Assembly (NCBI GenBank): GCA_002269645.1
Contig: NIVC01004032.1
Location: 1-63,686, forward strand
Length of the DNA: 63,686 nt
Direction of reading: 5' to 3'
Origin: Macrostomum lignano
Lineage: Eukaryota
Part shown: in pieces, positions 13,356 to 62,317 of the stretch
Position numbering within the stretch: position 1 is the first letter of the stretch
How the letters are laid out: each line of letters begins with the position of its first letter
Notes under the pieces: model-generated
What the model saw: the letters and a program-made list of their open reading frames with translations, nothing else
Told to the model about the DNA's origin: nothing
The model's database searches: none
Made by a program: the position numbers and the translations under genes

Positions 13356-13939
13356 CGGAAGACTGTTTCAAAAACTTTAGACTTGACTTCTTGCTTACAG
13401 TGGACTAGCTGTAGAAAAGTTGTCGAATTCGTCAAACGCGAAAACTGAAATTTACGTGGATGGCACCGCATTAATCCATCGGGTTCAGAAACTCTAAAAA
13501 TACAAGAACTCCAAGCCGGTCCAAGAGTCTCTTCTCAGCTCTTACATAAGAGAACCGACCAGCTCTAGACTAAGAGCTCTTAGTCTCCAAGGCCGCATAT
13601 GGACCTTGCGGTAAGTTTACCATGGTCTTTATGTTAGTTAAGTCCGCAAAAGTGACGCATCATTCAATTCCAGCTAGTGCTTACCCGTTCGAGGTTCTCA
13701 TTCGCGGTAAGTCTGACAGCTTTTTGACCTTCTGAAGCGCTAATTAAGGGCTTTGGAAACTGAGTTAGTGAATCCATATTTTCATTGATTGTCTTAGTTT
13801 TACAGCGAGTTATTAGCAAGAAATATAGGTGCTCAAAAGTTGCAGCAAAATATGGCTAAAAGAAATAGCTATCAAGTTATTAATTTTCATCTAGTTCGTA
13901 AATTAAGTTTAAAGAAAGTGTAGTTCTCTTGATCAATCC

Positions 13940-47088
<33,149 letters not shown>

Positions 47089-47911
47089 TCCCGCCAGGCA
47101 GTTCTGAATGCTCAGCCAATATGACAACAGTTATGCCAGACAGTCTTGTTAATTGTGTCTCCAAAAGTGAGTTGGGCAGTCAGGCGGGCATGCAGGACTG
47201 CAGCTGTTCCGTGATGGGTGAGAAAGCGAGTGTGAGTTGAGCTGCTTTTGTTCCAGCAGGACATGGCATGAAAATTGAGAGGCTTGTGCATTGGATTCAG
47301 TGCCTAACTCCTGCATCCAGTGTACTCACAGGGCAAGCCTGCAGAGGCACTGCAGAGCGAATTGTATGGCCAGCATAGGGCTTGGATCAGTTGCCATGGC
47401 GATGCTTTTGAAGCGTTCTAAGAACTTTTCTGCCCCGACTCAGTGGGACACTACTGCTGGGAGCTAAGGGTTGGCAGACAGGGCTCCCAATCTGCATCGT
47501 GTATAGTCCACTTTCCGTTTCACACAATTTCGAAGATTCTCAGCTTAATTACGAGCAAACTTGAATATTATATAACTTCCAGCGTCTTGTCCGATATGCA
47601 TTCTATTTTCTCATTGCGCAATACGCTCCACTAGTAATTTAAAATTTATACAAAACTTGTGTTTTCCTAGCTGGTTGCGTTTATCTGACAGCTGCGGGTG
47701 CTTTACACACAGAACTGTACAGTGCACCAATTGCACAGGAATGAGCCATTTTGGTGCTGCTAAAAATAGCTCTGAGCTGAGCTGCTCAGACTCACTCCTT
47801 GGGATTTCCGAGTTGAGCGTGCTACGGTCCAAGCATATTGCATTGCTACGGCATATTTCACTACGGCATTTGCATCAGCTAAATTTGACTGTGACTGAGA
47901 TTATGTCGTTA

Positions 47912-49978
<2,067 letters not shown>

Positions 49979-50565
49979 GTTAAATTACAGGAGGGACTTG
50001 ACTGCGTTTCTGAGCTCAGTTTGAGTTGCTTTTGAGTCAGTTGCTCAAATGCTGCAATGCTGCTCATTGGACTGACACCTCATCTGTAATCATAACTGTA
50101 CATTTCCAGCTTCTCCATTCATTGAAGATACACAAATACAATATTCCGAGCTTTTACCGAGAGTAAAAATGACAAAATTCTTGCAAAAAGTTTTTGTCTT
50201 GTAATGGCTTCAATAGGTGTAATGGTTATCCAATATACACTGAAGATATATAATATACTAAAACTGGTTAAACGATCATAGAATGCTAAAAAAAACTGCA
50301 ACACAAAATGTTGTCACTATATGACCGGGAACAGTTCAAGGATGAGGCGTAAAAATTATATAATAAAAAATAGTGTATTACATGGTGCGAGTGCATGATG
50401 TTGCATGTTAGTCACCGTCACGGCAGAAAAGTTTGTTAATTTAGGTTGATAAAAAGTTAAATAAAAAGGAAATTAGTAACGCAAAACAACTCGAGCATTT
50501 GAAGTCCCCAAACCGTAAAAAATGTCACACAATTGCACAAAAAACAATTTTCGTCACGGAAACTC

Positions 50566-51591
50566 TCAGCGCTCGTCAAAGTAGGCGCCCTCGAAGTCCT
50601 GGATGGCACGACACGCGTGCAGCGGCAGCAGCCTGCGGTTGGCATTGACGAAGCATTGGTTTTTGAGCAGTTTGTTCTCAATCGTGTTAACTGTTCAAAA
50701 CACGTTTATGAAACTCACCCCCGCAGCATGAAGCTCCTCTGCAGGCTGGCGGGCACGCAGACCAGAGTGTGGCGGTACTGCACCGCGCTGAGGATGCTGG
50801 CTGCCACTTGCGCGGGCGTCAGCTGGAGCTCCGGGCTGCGGGCGGGAGAAGGGGGCGCGGGCTGGTCATTGATTATCGATCGGTTGGGCATTCATTATCG
50901 ATTAGCTGGTCATTGATTATCGATTAGCTGGGCATTTATTATCGATTACTTGGGCAGTGATTATAGATTGGCTGGGATTGATTATCGATTAGTTGGGCAG
51001 TGATTATAGATTGGCTGGGATAGATAATCGATTGGTTGGTCATTGATTTCCGATTGGCTGGGATTGATTATCGACTGGCTGGCATGGATTATCGATTGGC
51101 TGGGATGGATTACCGATTGGCTGGGATGGATTATCGATTGGCTGGGATGGATTATCGATTGGCTGGGATGGATTACCGATTGGCTGGGAGTTTGATTATG
51201 GATTATGGACCATAACATCATACTCATATCTCAGACGATCACCTCATTCCGGGCTTGACAGACTTGCCAACGAGCACCCCGCCAGATCCGGGGTCAAGGA
51301 AGGTCGGGCACACGGTGCTCAGGAAGATCCGGTTCCGCCCGTACAGCTCCATCCGGCGCAGCTCGTCCTGCACAGCTTCCATGAAGCCCAAGCTGCCAAA
51401 CTTTGAGGCGCTGCAAAAACAGTGAGAATATATAAAGCGTTGGCTTGAAAAACTGAATTTCGCATTAAAGAATTTTTGCCTCACCTGTAGTCGGTGCAGT
51501 AGGCGACTCCCATGCAGGCTGCCATGCTGGCCACCGAGACAATGTGGCCTCGGCCTCGCTTGATCATGTGCGGCAGGGCCGCGCGAACCAC
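50566..51591 (-). CDS. Short-chain dehydrogenase/reductase (SDR16C / RDH10-HSD17B11-like), 3' exons only; 5' exons not seen in the window
   Basis: [25 protein letters not shown], catalytic [15 protein letters not shown], then phase-consistent exons ending AYFDER* (stop 50566-50568). No TGxxxGxG exon was found. Confidence 0.85.
50865..51190. repeat. ~21-bp intronic minisatellite
   Basis: Unit approximately attatcgattggctgggatgg. Confidence 0.85.
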
Positions 51592-51619
51592 CTGCGGCAG
51601 GGTGGGGGGAGGGTGCGTT

Positions 51620-53357
51620 ATGGGGTGTGAGATCAGGCTCTGGGTGAGGTGTGATGGCTCTGGGTGAGGTGTGGAATCAGGCTCTTGGTGAGGTGTGGAA
51701 TCAGGCTCTTGAAGAGGTGTGATGGCTCTGGGTGAGGTATGAGATCAGGCTCTGGGTGAGGTGTGGGATCAGGCTCTGGGTGAGGTGTGGGATCAGGCTC
51801 TGTGTGAGGTGTAGGATCAGGCTCTGGGTGAGGTGTGGGATCAGGCTCTGGGTGAGGTGTGGAATCAGGCTCTGGGTGAGGTGTGGAATCAGGCTCTGGG
51901 TGAGGTGTGGGATCATACTCTGGGTGAGGTGTGGGATCAGGCTCTGTGTGAGGTGTGGGATCAGGCTCTGGGTGAGGTGTGGGATCAGGTCCAGGGTGAG
52001 GTGTGGGATCAGGCTCTGGGTGAGGTGTGGGATCAGGCTCTGGGTGAGGTGTGGGATCATACTCTGGGTGAGGTGTGGGATCAGGCTCTGTGTGAGGTGT
52101 GGGATCAGGCTCTGGGTGAGGTGTGGGATCAGGTCCAGGGTGAGGTGTGGGATCAGGCTCTGGGTGAGGTGTGGGATCAGGCTCTGGGTGAGGTGTGGGA
52201 TCATACTCTGGGTGAGGTGTGGGATCAGGCTCTGTGTGAGGTATGGGATCAGGCTCTGGGTGAGGTGCGATGGCTCTGGGTGAGGTGCGATGGCTCTGGG
52301 TGAGGTGTGGGATCAGGCTCTGTGTGAGGTGTGGGATCAGGCTCTGGGTGGTGTGGGATCAGGTCCGGGGTGAGGTGCGATGGCTCTGGGTGAGGTGCGA
52401 TGGCTCTGGGTGAGGTGCGATGGCTCTGGGTGAGGTGTGGGATCGGGCTCTGTGTGAGGTGTGGGATCATACTCTGGGTGAGGTGTGGGATCAGGCTCTG
52501 GGTGAGGTATGGGATCAGGCTCTGGGTGAGGTGCGATGGCTCTGGGTGAGGTGTGGGATCTGACTCTGGGTGAGGTGTGGGATCGGGCTCTGTGTGAGGT
52601 GTGGGATCAGGCTCTGGGTGAGGTGTGGGATCAGGCTCTGGGTGAGGTGTGAGATCAGGCTCTGGGTGAGGTGCGATGGCTCTGGGTGAGGTGTGGGATC
52701 TGACTCTGGGTGAGGTGTGGGATCATACTCTGGGTGAGGTGTGGGATCATACTCTGGGTGAGGTGTGGGATCATACTCTGGGTGAGGTGTGGGATCAGGC
52801 TCTGTGTGAGGTGTGGGATCAGGCTCTGGGTGAGGTGTGAGATCAGAGTCTGTGTGAGGTGTGAGATCAGGCTCTGGGTGAGGTGTGATGGCTCTGGGTG
52901 AGGTGTGGGATCAGGCTCTGGGTGAGGTGTGAGATCAGAGTCTGTGTGAGGTGTGAGATCAGGCTCTGGGTGAGGTGTGGGATCAGGCTCTGGGTGAGGT
53001 GTGGGATCAGGCTCTGGGTGAGGTGTGAGATCAGAGTCTGTGTGAGGTGTGAGATCAGGCTCTGGGTGAGGTGTGATGGCTCTGTGTGAGGTGTGGGATC
53101 AGGCTCTGGGTGAGGTGTGAGATCAGAGTCTGTGTGAGGTGTGAGATCAGGCTCTGGGTGAGGTGTGATGGCTCTGGGTGAGGTGTGGGATCAGGCTCTG
53201 GGTGAGGTGTGGGATCAGGCTCTGGGTGAGGTGTGGGATCAGGCTCTGGGTGAGGTGTGGGAACATACTCTGGGTGAGGTGTGGTATCAGGCTGTGTGAG
53301 GTGTAGGATCAGGCTCTGGGTGAGGTGTGGGATCAGGCTCTGTGTGAGGTGTTGGAT
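51620..53357. repeat. 24-bp intronic minisatellite (~70 copies) with a 144-bp higher-order repeat
   Basis: Unit tcaggctctgggtgaggtgtggga. The variant catact occurs at 51914, 52058 and 52202. Confidence 0.95.
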
Positions 53358-54189
53358 CACCCGGTGGGAAAAAAATGGTCGCCGCGACGGCTTCTGTTTG
53401 TTGCGTTTACGACGGCGGAAACTCCGTTCGAGTGAACGCCGAGTTTCCGTCGCCACAACGGTCGCTGCGACGGCGGTCGGAAGACCCATTAGCGACTCTT
53501 ATATGCGTACGATACTACTTGTATCGTGTAGTAGTGTAGATGGACCATGATATATCCCACGAATTTTTTATTTTTTCGGAATAAAAAAGAAACGAAATAT
53601 AGATGCAGTCCTTTTCAACAAATAAACATTATGTTGCTATGGGAAATGCTTTTTAGCATTATATTTATAGAATTACCTGATTATTCAGTTCCTGCTAGAG
53701 AAGAAAAAATTCACCCATAGACATACTTCAAAAAAGTACAATAATATCAAACTGTTGTTTATTAAGCATACACGAAGCGTACAAGAAAGCAATCGTTCAC
53801 AATATTAAGTACAATAAAGTACAATAAGGTATAAATGGCCTATAGGGTCCATTGTACCCCACAGACAAATAAGCAGTCATCAATAGAAATATGGCGTGCA
53901 TTAGCTAACTAATTTTCTGATTATGAACATTGAGCAACTACTCCAGATCAGAGCAGTACTCGAGTTCGAGCTCTTGCTCAACTCAGAGTTTGAGGTGAAA
54001 CTTGCCAGTTATTGCTCACTTTATTCATACGGCCAAATGACTAATTCAATGGGCTTTCTATGCACATAAAGTAATAACACTGTTATGTACAGAAGCTGCA
54101 ATAATAGTCGATTTATGGGGTCAAAAAACTCATTATTTTTTAAACGTTTGGGGTTTAGAGTAAAAGATCAGCTGTATCATTTAACATAT

Positions 54190-55165
54190 AAGGACACCTA
54201 ATTTAGCGCCCCAAGGACATCTAGTTTGATCCCTAAGGACACCTAATTTATCGCCCCAAGTACATCTAGTTTATCGCCCCAAGGACACCTAATTTAGCGC
54301 CCCAAGGACATCTAGTTTGATCCCCTAAGGACACCTAATTTATCGCCCCAAGTACATCTAGTTTATCGCCCCAAGGACACCTAATTTAGCGCCCCAAGGA
54401 CATCTAGTTTGATCCCCTAAGGACACCTAATTTATCGCCCCAAGTACATCTAGTTTAGCGTCCCAAGGACACCTAATTTATCGCCCCAAGGACACCTAAT
54501 TTAGTGCCCCAAGGACATCTAGTTTAACGCCCCAAAGACACCTAATTTAGCGCCTCAAGGACATCTAGTTTAGCGTCCCAAGGACACCTAATTTATCGCC
54601 CCAAGGACAACTAATTTAGCGCCCCAAGGACATCTAGTTTAGCGTCCCAAGGACACCTAATTTATCGCCCCAAGGACACCTAGTTTAGCGTCCCAAGGAC
54701 ACCTAATTTATCGCCCCAAGGACACCTAGTTTAGCGTCCCAAGGACACCTAATTTATCGCCCCAAGAACACCTAGTTTAGCGTCCCAAGAACATCTAGTT
54801 TGACCCCCTAAGGACACCTAATTTATCGCCCCAAGGACACCTAATTTAGCGCCCCAAGGACATCTAGTTTAGCGTCCCAAGGACACCTAATTTATCACCC
54901 CAAGGACACCTAATTTATCGCCCCAAAACATCTAGTTTGACCCCCTAAGGACACCTAATTTATCGCCCCAAGGACACCTAATTTAGCGCCTCAAGGACAT
55001 CTAGTTTAGCGTCCCAAGGACACCTAATTTATCGCCCCAAGGACACCTAGTTTAGCGTCCCAAGGACACCTAATTTATCGCCCCAAGGACACCTAGTTTA
55101 GCGTCCCAAGGACACCTAATTTATCGCCCAAGAACACCTAGTTTAGCGTCCCAAGTACATCTAGT
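54190..55165. repeat. ~23-bp tandem array, ~40 copies
   Basis: Unit approximately ccaaggacacctaatttatcgcc. Confidence 0.95.
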
Positions 55166-55794
55166 TTGACCGCCACAGAGAATCGCTCGCTGTGAGAAGC
55201 GCCAATTGACAACTGCTTTCAGAAATTTTTCTTTGAGACTCACTGTATGAGAATCTCTTTCATGCGAGAATTGTCCCTTGCGAAGAACCTTGCAAAAATC
55301 GATTCGCAGAGACCCTAACCTGACGTTTTGATAACTCAAATCTCCAATCCATATGCGCGTATGGTAATTATAAAGCTTCCTCTCTGGCTCAATGGCCTCC
55401 ATAAAATTTAGAAAATGCTGTGGAAAAATTTCGGCATGCAGTTGGCTTTTGCGAATTTTCTTCTTGATGAATAGCTATTTGCATATGCCATTTTCTAACG
55501 CCCTATAAACACATTTTACAATCGGCTTTCGCGTGGCTATATCTGAGAATAAACATATTTTCAAGACAGCTAATTATGGAGGTGGGAACAGTAAAATGGG
55601 GCATCTTTGTGAGAAGGGCAACTGAACCACAAAAGGGAAATTCTTAGCTTACTATATGCACCTAAAAATGAGGCATAGAAATGAGATTTTGAGATTGGGG
55701 GATTTTTGCGTCACCGATTGTCGGGGGATTTTCCGGAGAATTCCCAGGGGGGCTTTGTTTTGACGGGAGGGTGATAGTTGTGCACATATGATGG

Positions 55795-58700
55795 TTAAGG
55801 CGATGGAGACTCGTCAGATAAGTCCTGCGAATCAGGATAGTGCCGCTTTCCGCTGCCCTGCTCGGGTGCACTTGGGCGCTTCTTCGCCTTCTTGCGCAGG
55901 TTGTCCCCCGCATGCTTAAGAGCCGAGATGACGTGTTTTTCTACATCTCGCTCAGATGGCCTCTCATGAGGCTTGTCGTCTTTGTACATCGTGGAAACGG
56001 CTCCTGGAATTGGATTGGTGGTTTTATTCTGTCAAATTTATTCTACTCTATGCTCCATAGTCCCTACTTTAAGTAGACATTATTCACTTGAATTTGTCTA
56101 AATGTTTCATTCTGAACCAGTTTCATTGAAGAAACTATACTATAAAATTAGGCAAAATGATTCTGATTCTAGATTTACAATTACACACTTTCGGATTTCT
56201 GTAAACTTACGCTTCAGAAGAGGAAGCAGTGTTGTCTGGAAGCCAAGGCTGTCATCTGTTCCCGCGCCGCCGGACCTCTCGGCCAAGCCTCGACCGCAAT
56301 AGTTTAGCTGGGCCATCATTTCAGGGGTGATACACTTTAGCAGCATCCGTCGGATGGTGCTCGCAACACTGTCACCCCGGCAGCGTGCCAGTTGCGTGCG
56401 CAGAACTTTCTGTGCCTCCTTATCTGATGCCAGCTTTAGATAGCCCGCCCACGAAGCAGCTGGTTGCCATTCAGCTTCGGGCAGCTCGATGATAGTGCCG
56501 CCAACAGTCGAGTTGCCCTGCCTGTTGAGGGCCGCCAGAATCTCCCGCTGCTGCTGTTGTATTGTTGCGTCTCGCTGCTCTTGGAGCTGCTGGCCGCGCA
56601 ACACCAGCAACATCAGCTGCGAGATACCCTTCAGACTCGCCAAGTCACCGAACTTGGCTGTTAAGTCCATCATCAGCCTGCGAGCGGCTTGGTTCTCCAG
56701 TTGTAGGCCCACGCTTTCCCTGTTGCGGCTCTGGGTGCTTGAGCTAGCAGCTGTGATAGCAGCAGCAGCAGCAGCAGCAGTGAAACTCTGGTCATGTTGA
56801 GGCCCTGGTGTCGATGTAGCCGTAGCGGTATCTGTTGGCTGAATAGAATAGGGGTGGGGGACAAATCATTACACTCATTACTCCGGATCTGCGAATACAT
56901 TTATGTCATTTTCTTGTATAAAGCATATACACCTTATACTTTCATAGTCTCGAATTCGTACTTAAAATTTAATGCGAACATAGCATAGCATTTATCAATC
57001 ACAATTACTAATCTTGCACACTCATTTATTTATTACTTTGAAGTTGCTGCTGTCGAGACTATAGTGACTAAAATGATGTGCAAAGATGACCAGGGGACCG
57101 GATTAACCTTTCCCAAGAATTAAACATGTCAAGGCGCTCACTATAGTATAAATATACCGTACCCACGGCCAAGCGCCTGAGCGTTATAAATATTTTGTTG
57201 TACTTTTTATTTGCGACTCAGTTGTCATGATTTACCATAGAAAATTTCCTTTTACAGTTCTTTCTCGCAGTTAAGTTTCTCGCTTCATATCTTCTCATCG
57301 TTTAACTCATAATATATATACTTGAATTCAGCCCAAGTTGACCTATAATTTCACTACAGCGTAAATCTAAAAATTGGTCTGCCATGACATTTTCATCGTC
57401 AGGTAGTGAGACACAAGGTGTGCTATGCTTACCCGCACCGAACGATGCAAATCCGACGGAGAAGCGGCTGCTGCTGAAGGTGAAGCTCGGTTCTGCATGG
57501 GTAGTAGTTGAGCCGCCTCCATACTCGGCTTAGGTACCACAGAAGCTCCATGTGGATGGCTCGCGGATGCTGCTGGCTGCCCGGAACCGACATCAGCCTC
57601 TGAATCCATCGTGCCATGATCCGATTGGAGTGCCTGCACAGATAGATCGCATAGTATGGGAATGGATTATATAGTTTATCCAGGTGTATGATTATTTCAA
57701 AGCCCGAAATTATCTCACGTTATGCTTAGACTATAACGACGCAACAGTGAAGGGAAAGGCCCGAATTATACTCATTTTTCTAAGCTAGCAGAATTATATT
57801 TTACCTGATGGCTTGTGGATAACTCCGTTAAAGCAGCCCTTGGCCTTAGCTTAGAGTTTATTCTTAGAAACGTACAAACAAAAATAGGAGTAAAATCATT
57901 CTCCTTCCCTGTCCGCAACCGTTGTTTTTACCCATAATCCGCTCATTCCTTTCCACTCTGCCCTCCGACCACTCCCACACTTCCATTTGTATTTCTAAGA
58001 ACGAATTCTTTCTACTGCACTGCAAAAAGACAGTCAAAAAGCTTTTTCGACGGCGTGATTTTTGGCTCCTGTTCTGATCGATAGACACCTGGTTTCTTAA
58101 TAATTTAGTTTGGTAAATTATCTTTTACATACCTGCACGGGCTTCAGCAGCAGCCGCTTCTTCACTCCGGGACAAATAACGCGTGGCGAAACCTGAAGGA
58201 ACATTCGCTTCGGGCGAAAGTCTTTTTCAAGCCGGCACCTGCGGCAGTACTGTATGACTCTTGTAAGATCATACCCGTCATCAAGCGATACCTGAGAAGT
58301 AAGGATTGGGTGTAAATCTAAATTGTATGGTATAAGTCGTCCCCGACTCCATTTTATTTGTATGCATTATATAGATGAAGGTAGCAGGCTGCAGGTCTTG
58401 ATAAAGTGCGGACGGTTTTTATATTCTACGGAATACCTGCGGAATGGTGTAAAATATTTATGATGCGGACATTGTTTTGGCTCCAATGGCTTCCTCATCA
58501 AACGATGCAATATTTCCCCGCATTCAGCTACATGCTATACCATCGTGGCCCTTGTTATATGCACTTTTCAATTTCCGAAAAATGTGCACTGCTCTATTTC
58601 CAGTAGTGTAGTCGGGCATAGGAATCATAACAATCAAAGTGGAAAAACTGGTAGAAATTTCTGCTTCTTGACACGGTACGGTGGACTCAATTTAAACATT

Positions 58701-59082
58701 GTTATTGCCTAAAGAGTCTGTTGTGGCAGTAACAGGCTTTGAAAGCCCAGGAAAAGCAATTATATTAAGGAATTTATTCTATTCCGCATTCCGGTTCCGC
58801 AGTTTATAAAGAGCCGCAGGCTGCAGCTGACCAAACAATAGAAATAAGATAAAAAAGTCAATATCATTTGCTTACCAATATAACTGTTGCTTCGTAGAAG
58901 GCGTCTCCGTAGATGGCGCTGCAACGGATCCGCTCCGTCTCATGATCATCACTTTGAGCAAAGCCTATCCAGTCATTGTGACTGTCAAACGTAGCGAATC
59001 GCCCTTGAAGCCTTATTTGTTCAAAAGGTACTTCAACTACTTCCAGGTCGCAACTAAAAATTACTACGAAGCGCATTGCCAT
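55795..59082 (-). CDS. Intact 5-exon, ~450-aa DUF4806-like protein (exons 59082-58876, 58291-58133, 57633-57433, 56787-56211, 56003-55795)
   Basis: N-terminus MRFVVIFSCDLEVVEVP..FYEATVILVSLDDGY, low-complexity middle, coiled coil, and C-terminal LARCRGDSVASTIRRMLLKCITPEMMAQLNYCGRG..VEKHVISALKHAGD. All four introns are GT-AG and in phase. The domain call is from remembered motifs. Confidence 0.7.
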
Positions 59083-59323
59083 ATACGAGCGTACTAGAGC
59101 TGAGAGATAACTACAGAAACGATCAGATAGATATGTCAGATGCTCATAGGAATTGTTCTACGAAGTGAATAGTATCTGACTCAGAAAGTCGTAGTCTGTT
59201 CTTAAATGCCACTTAATTCTTTTGTGAACCAATGAGAAAGCTACTGCTCTTTTTATCCTCTCTCTCGTTTGCATTCTTTTAGTCCTCATGTTCAGCGACA
59301 GCCAATGGGAGATCTTAGTGCAT

Positions 59324-59329
<6 letters not shown>

Positions 59330-59364
<35 letters not shown>

Positions 59365-59690
59365 GTCTTCGTCTGTTTGATTAGACTTCAGGTTTCTATA
59401 TTATTGCCTATATTTTAGAGAAGGGGACAGAATATAGAATTTTGCACCCAGTTTATAATTGTGTCTCTGTCTCTCTGTGGGGCTCTGGGGGCTTCCCCTA
59501 CTTTTCCTCTCCTCTCCTTTACCCCTTTCTCTCCCTGTCTCTCTCTCCCTCCCTCTCTCACCCTCTCACAGTCTTCCTCTCAGTCTCACTCACTTTATCT
59601 CCTCCTCTCCGTCTCTCCCTCATCCCTATCTCTCTCTCCCTCTGTATGTGTCTCTGTCTCTTCTCTCTGTCCCCTCTCTTTTCTCTCTCC

Positions 59691-59734
<44 letters not shown>

Positions 59735-59772
59735 TGTATGTGTCTCTGTCTCTTCTCTCTGTCCCCTCTCTT

Positions 59773-59868
<96 letters not shown>

Positions 59869-59945
59869 GTCTATCCCTCATCCTCTCTCTCCCTCTGTGT
59901 GTCTGTCTCTCTCTTCCCACCTCTCTCTCTCTTTCTCTCTGTTAT
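59330..59945. repeat. (CT)n-rich microsatellite tract
   Basis: Direct reading. Confidence 0.95.
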
Positions 59946-60477
59946 CTTGCCTATGAGATACATTGTGATGGTGGGTAGGAGGGTATGCTGTGCTATGTGG
60001 CGCCACTCTGTCTGTAACGATGAGACTTTATCGGTACACCCACATTCCGGCTGGCCATGAATATGGAACTGAGTGTTCGCAAAAAGGCCCTCAAACCCCC
60101 ACTACCCCTATCTTTTACATTTCTAAGTTTGAAAATCGGAAATGAAGAGCGTGGGAAAATTACTTGAATTGGCTTAGAATGTTAAGATTTAGTATATTTG
60201 ATTGCTCTTTGTTTGCCGGGGCTTCAGCACACACCCTCCATCTTGCACCCTGCCTTTTCCGGATCCACCAAAATACGCAACAGACTGAGTGTTGTGATCT
60301 GTACCCTGGCCCCTCCCCTTCCTTTGATGCAGGCTCCTGCTTGATTTCCCTGCTTGATTAGTTGCTAAAATGCTATTGCTAAAATTTGTGATTCAAAGGT
60401 AACGATAAAAATAAATTCTAAAAAAAACATTTGTATTTGTATTTACTAATACAGCTTTACAGCTATTTGTATTCATT

Positions 60478-62317
60478 TCTCCGCCTTCGAGTATCTGGAA
60501 AGCTGATTAGGCTAGAGATCCGATTCTTTCTGCAAAAGACACCGACTGGGGTGCTCTAATTATCTGTAGAGTCTCATATCTGAATCTACAGATACAGCTT
60601 GGCAGTTGCTGATTGATTTTTTTGGCTTTCCCTATTAAAATACATTAGAATTTCTAGGAATCTCCGCTTTTGAATATCTGGAAAGCTGATTAGGCTAGAG
60701 ATCCGATTCTTTCTGCAAAAGACACCGACTGGGGTGCTCTAATTATCTGTAGAGTCTCATATCTGAATCTACAGATACAGCTTGGCAGTTGCTGATTGAT
60801 TTTTTTGGCTTTCCCTATTAAAATACATTAGAATTTCTAGGAATCTCCGCTTTTGAATATCTGGAAAGCTGATTAGGCTAGAGATCCGATTCTTTCTGCA
60901 AAAGACACCGACTGGGGTGCTCTAATTATCTGTAGAGTCTCATATCTGAATCTACAGATACAGCTTGGCAGTTGCTGATTGATTTTTTTGGCTTTCCCTA
61001 TTAAAATACATTAGAATTTCTAGGAATCTCCGCTTTTGAATATCTGGAAAGCTGATTAGGCTAGAGATCCGATTCTTTCTGCAAAAGACACCGACTGGGG
61101 TGCTCTAATTATCTGTAGAGTCTCATATCTGAATCTACAGATACAGCTTGGCAGTTGCTGATTGATTTTTTTGGCTTTCCCTATTAAAATACATTAGAAT
61201 TTCTAGGAATCTCCGCTTTTGAATATCTGGAAAGCTGATTAGGCTAGAGATCCGATTCTTTCTGCAAAAGACACCGACTGGGGTGCTCTAATTATCTGTA
61301 GAGTCTCATATCTGAATCTACAGATACAGCTTGGCAGTTGCTGATTGATTTTTTTGGCTTTCCCTATTAAAATACATTAGAATTTCTAGGAATCTCCGCT
61401 TTTGAATATCTGGAAAGCTGATTAGGCTAGAGATCCGATTCTTCTGCAAAAGACACCGACTGGGGTGCTCTAATTATCTGTAGAGTCTCATATCTGAATC
61501 TACAGATACAGCTTGGCAGTTGCTGATTGATTTTTTTGGCTTTCCCTATTAAAATACATTAGAATTTCTAGGAATCTCCGCTTTTGAATATCTGGAAAGC
61601 TGATTAGGCTAGAGATCCGATTCTTTCTGCAAAAGACACCGACTGGGGTGCTCTAATTATCTGTAGAGTCTCATATCTGAATCTACAGATACAGCTTGGC
61701 AGTTGCTGATTGATTTTTTTGGCTTTCCCTATTAAAATACATTAGAATTTCTAGGAATCTCCGCTTTTGAATATCTGGAAAGCTGATTAGGCTAGAGATC
61801 CGATTCTTCTGCAAAAGACACCGACTGGGGTGCTCTAATTATCTGTAGAGTCTCATATCTGAATCTACAGATACAGCTTGGCAGTTGCTGATTGATTTTT
61901 TTGGCTTTCCCTATTAAAATACATTAGAATTTCTAGGAATCTCCGCTTTTGAATATCTGGAAAGCTGATTAGGCTAGAGATCCGATTCTTCTGCAAAAGA
62001 CACCGACTGGGGTGCTCTAATTATCTGTAGAGTCTCATATCTGAATCTACAGATACAGCTTGGCAGTTGCTGATTGATTTTTTTGGCTTTCCCTATTAAA
62101 ATACATTAGAATTTCTAGGAATCTCCGCTTTTGAATATCTGGAAAGCTGATTAGGCTAGAGATCCGATTCTTTCTGCAAAAGACACCGACTGGGGTGCTC
62201 TAATTATCTGTAGAGTCTCATATCTGAATCTACAGATACAGCTTGGCAGTTGCTGATTGATTTTTTTGGCTTTCCCTATTAAAATACATTAGAATTTCTA
62301 GGAATCTCCGCTTTTGA
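60478..62317. repeat. 183-bp satellite, ~10 near-identical copies
   Basis: tttctagg at 60651, 60834, 61017, 61200, 61383, 61565, 61748, 61930, 62112 and 62295 (periods 183 or 182). Confidence 0.97.

Noticed and set aside
12111-13448. Long ORFs in nearly all frames (Cys/His-rich, VTAST, etc.), and similar ORFs over the other arrays (e.g. 26384-27295, 32460-33414, 36138-36964, 37356-38615, 40137-41781, 51701-52303, 59442-60060)
   Set aside because: They arise from stop-free tandem units, are open on both strands, and mostly lie within introns defined by flanking in-phase exons.
13567-13586. Perfect 20-bp palindrome agactaagagctcttagtct downstream of the channel stop
   Set aside because: It is isolated, with no second end, TSD or other context.
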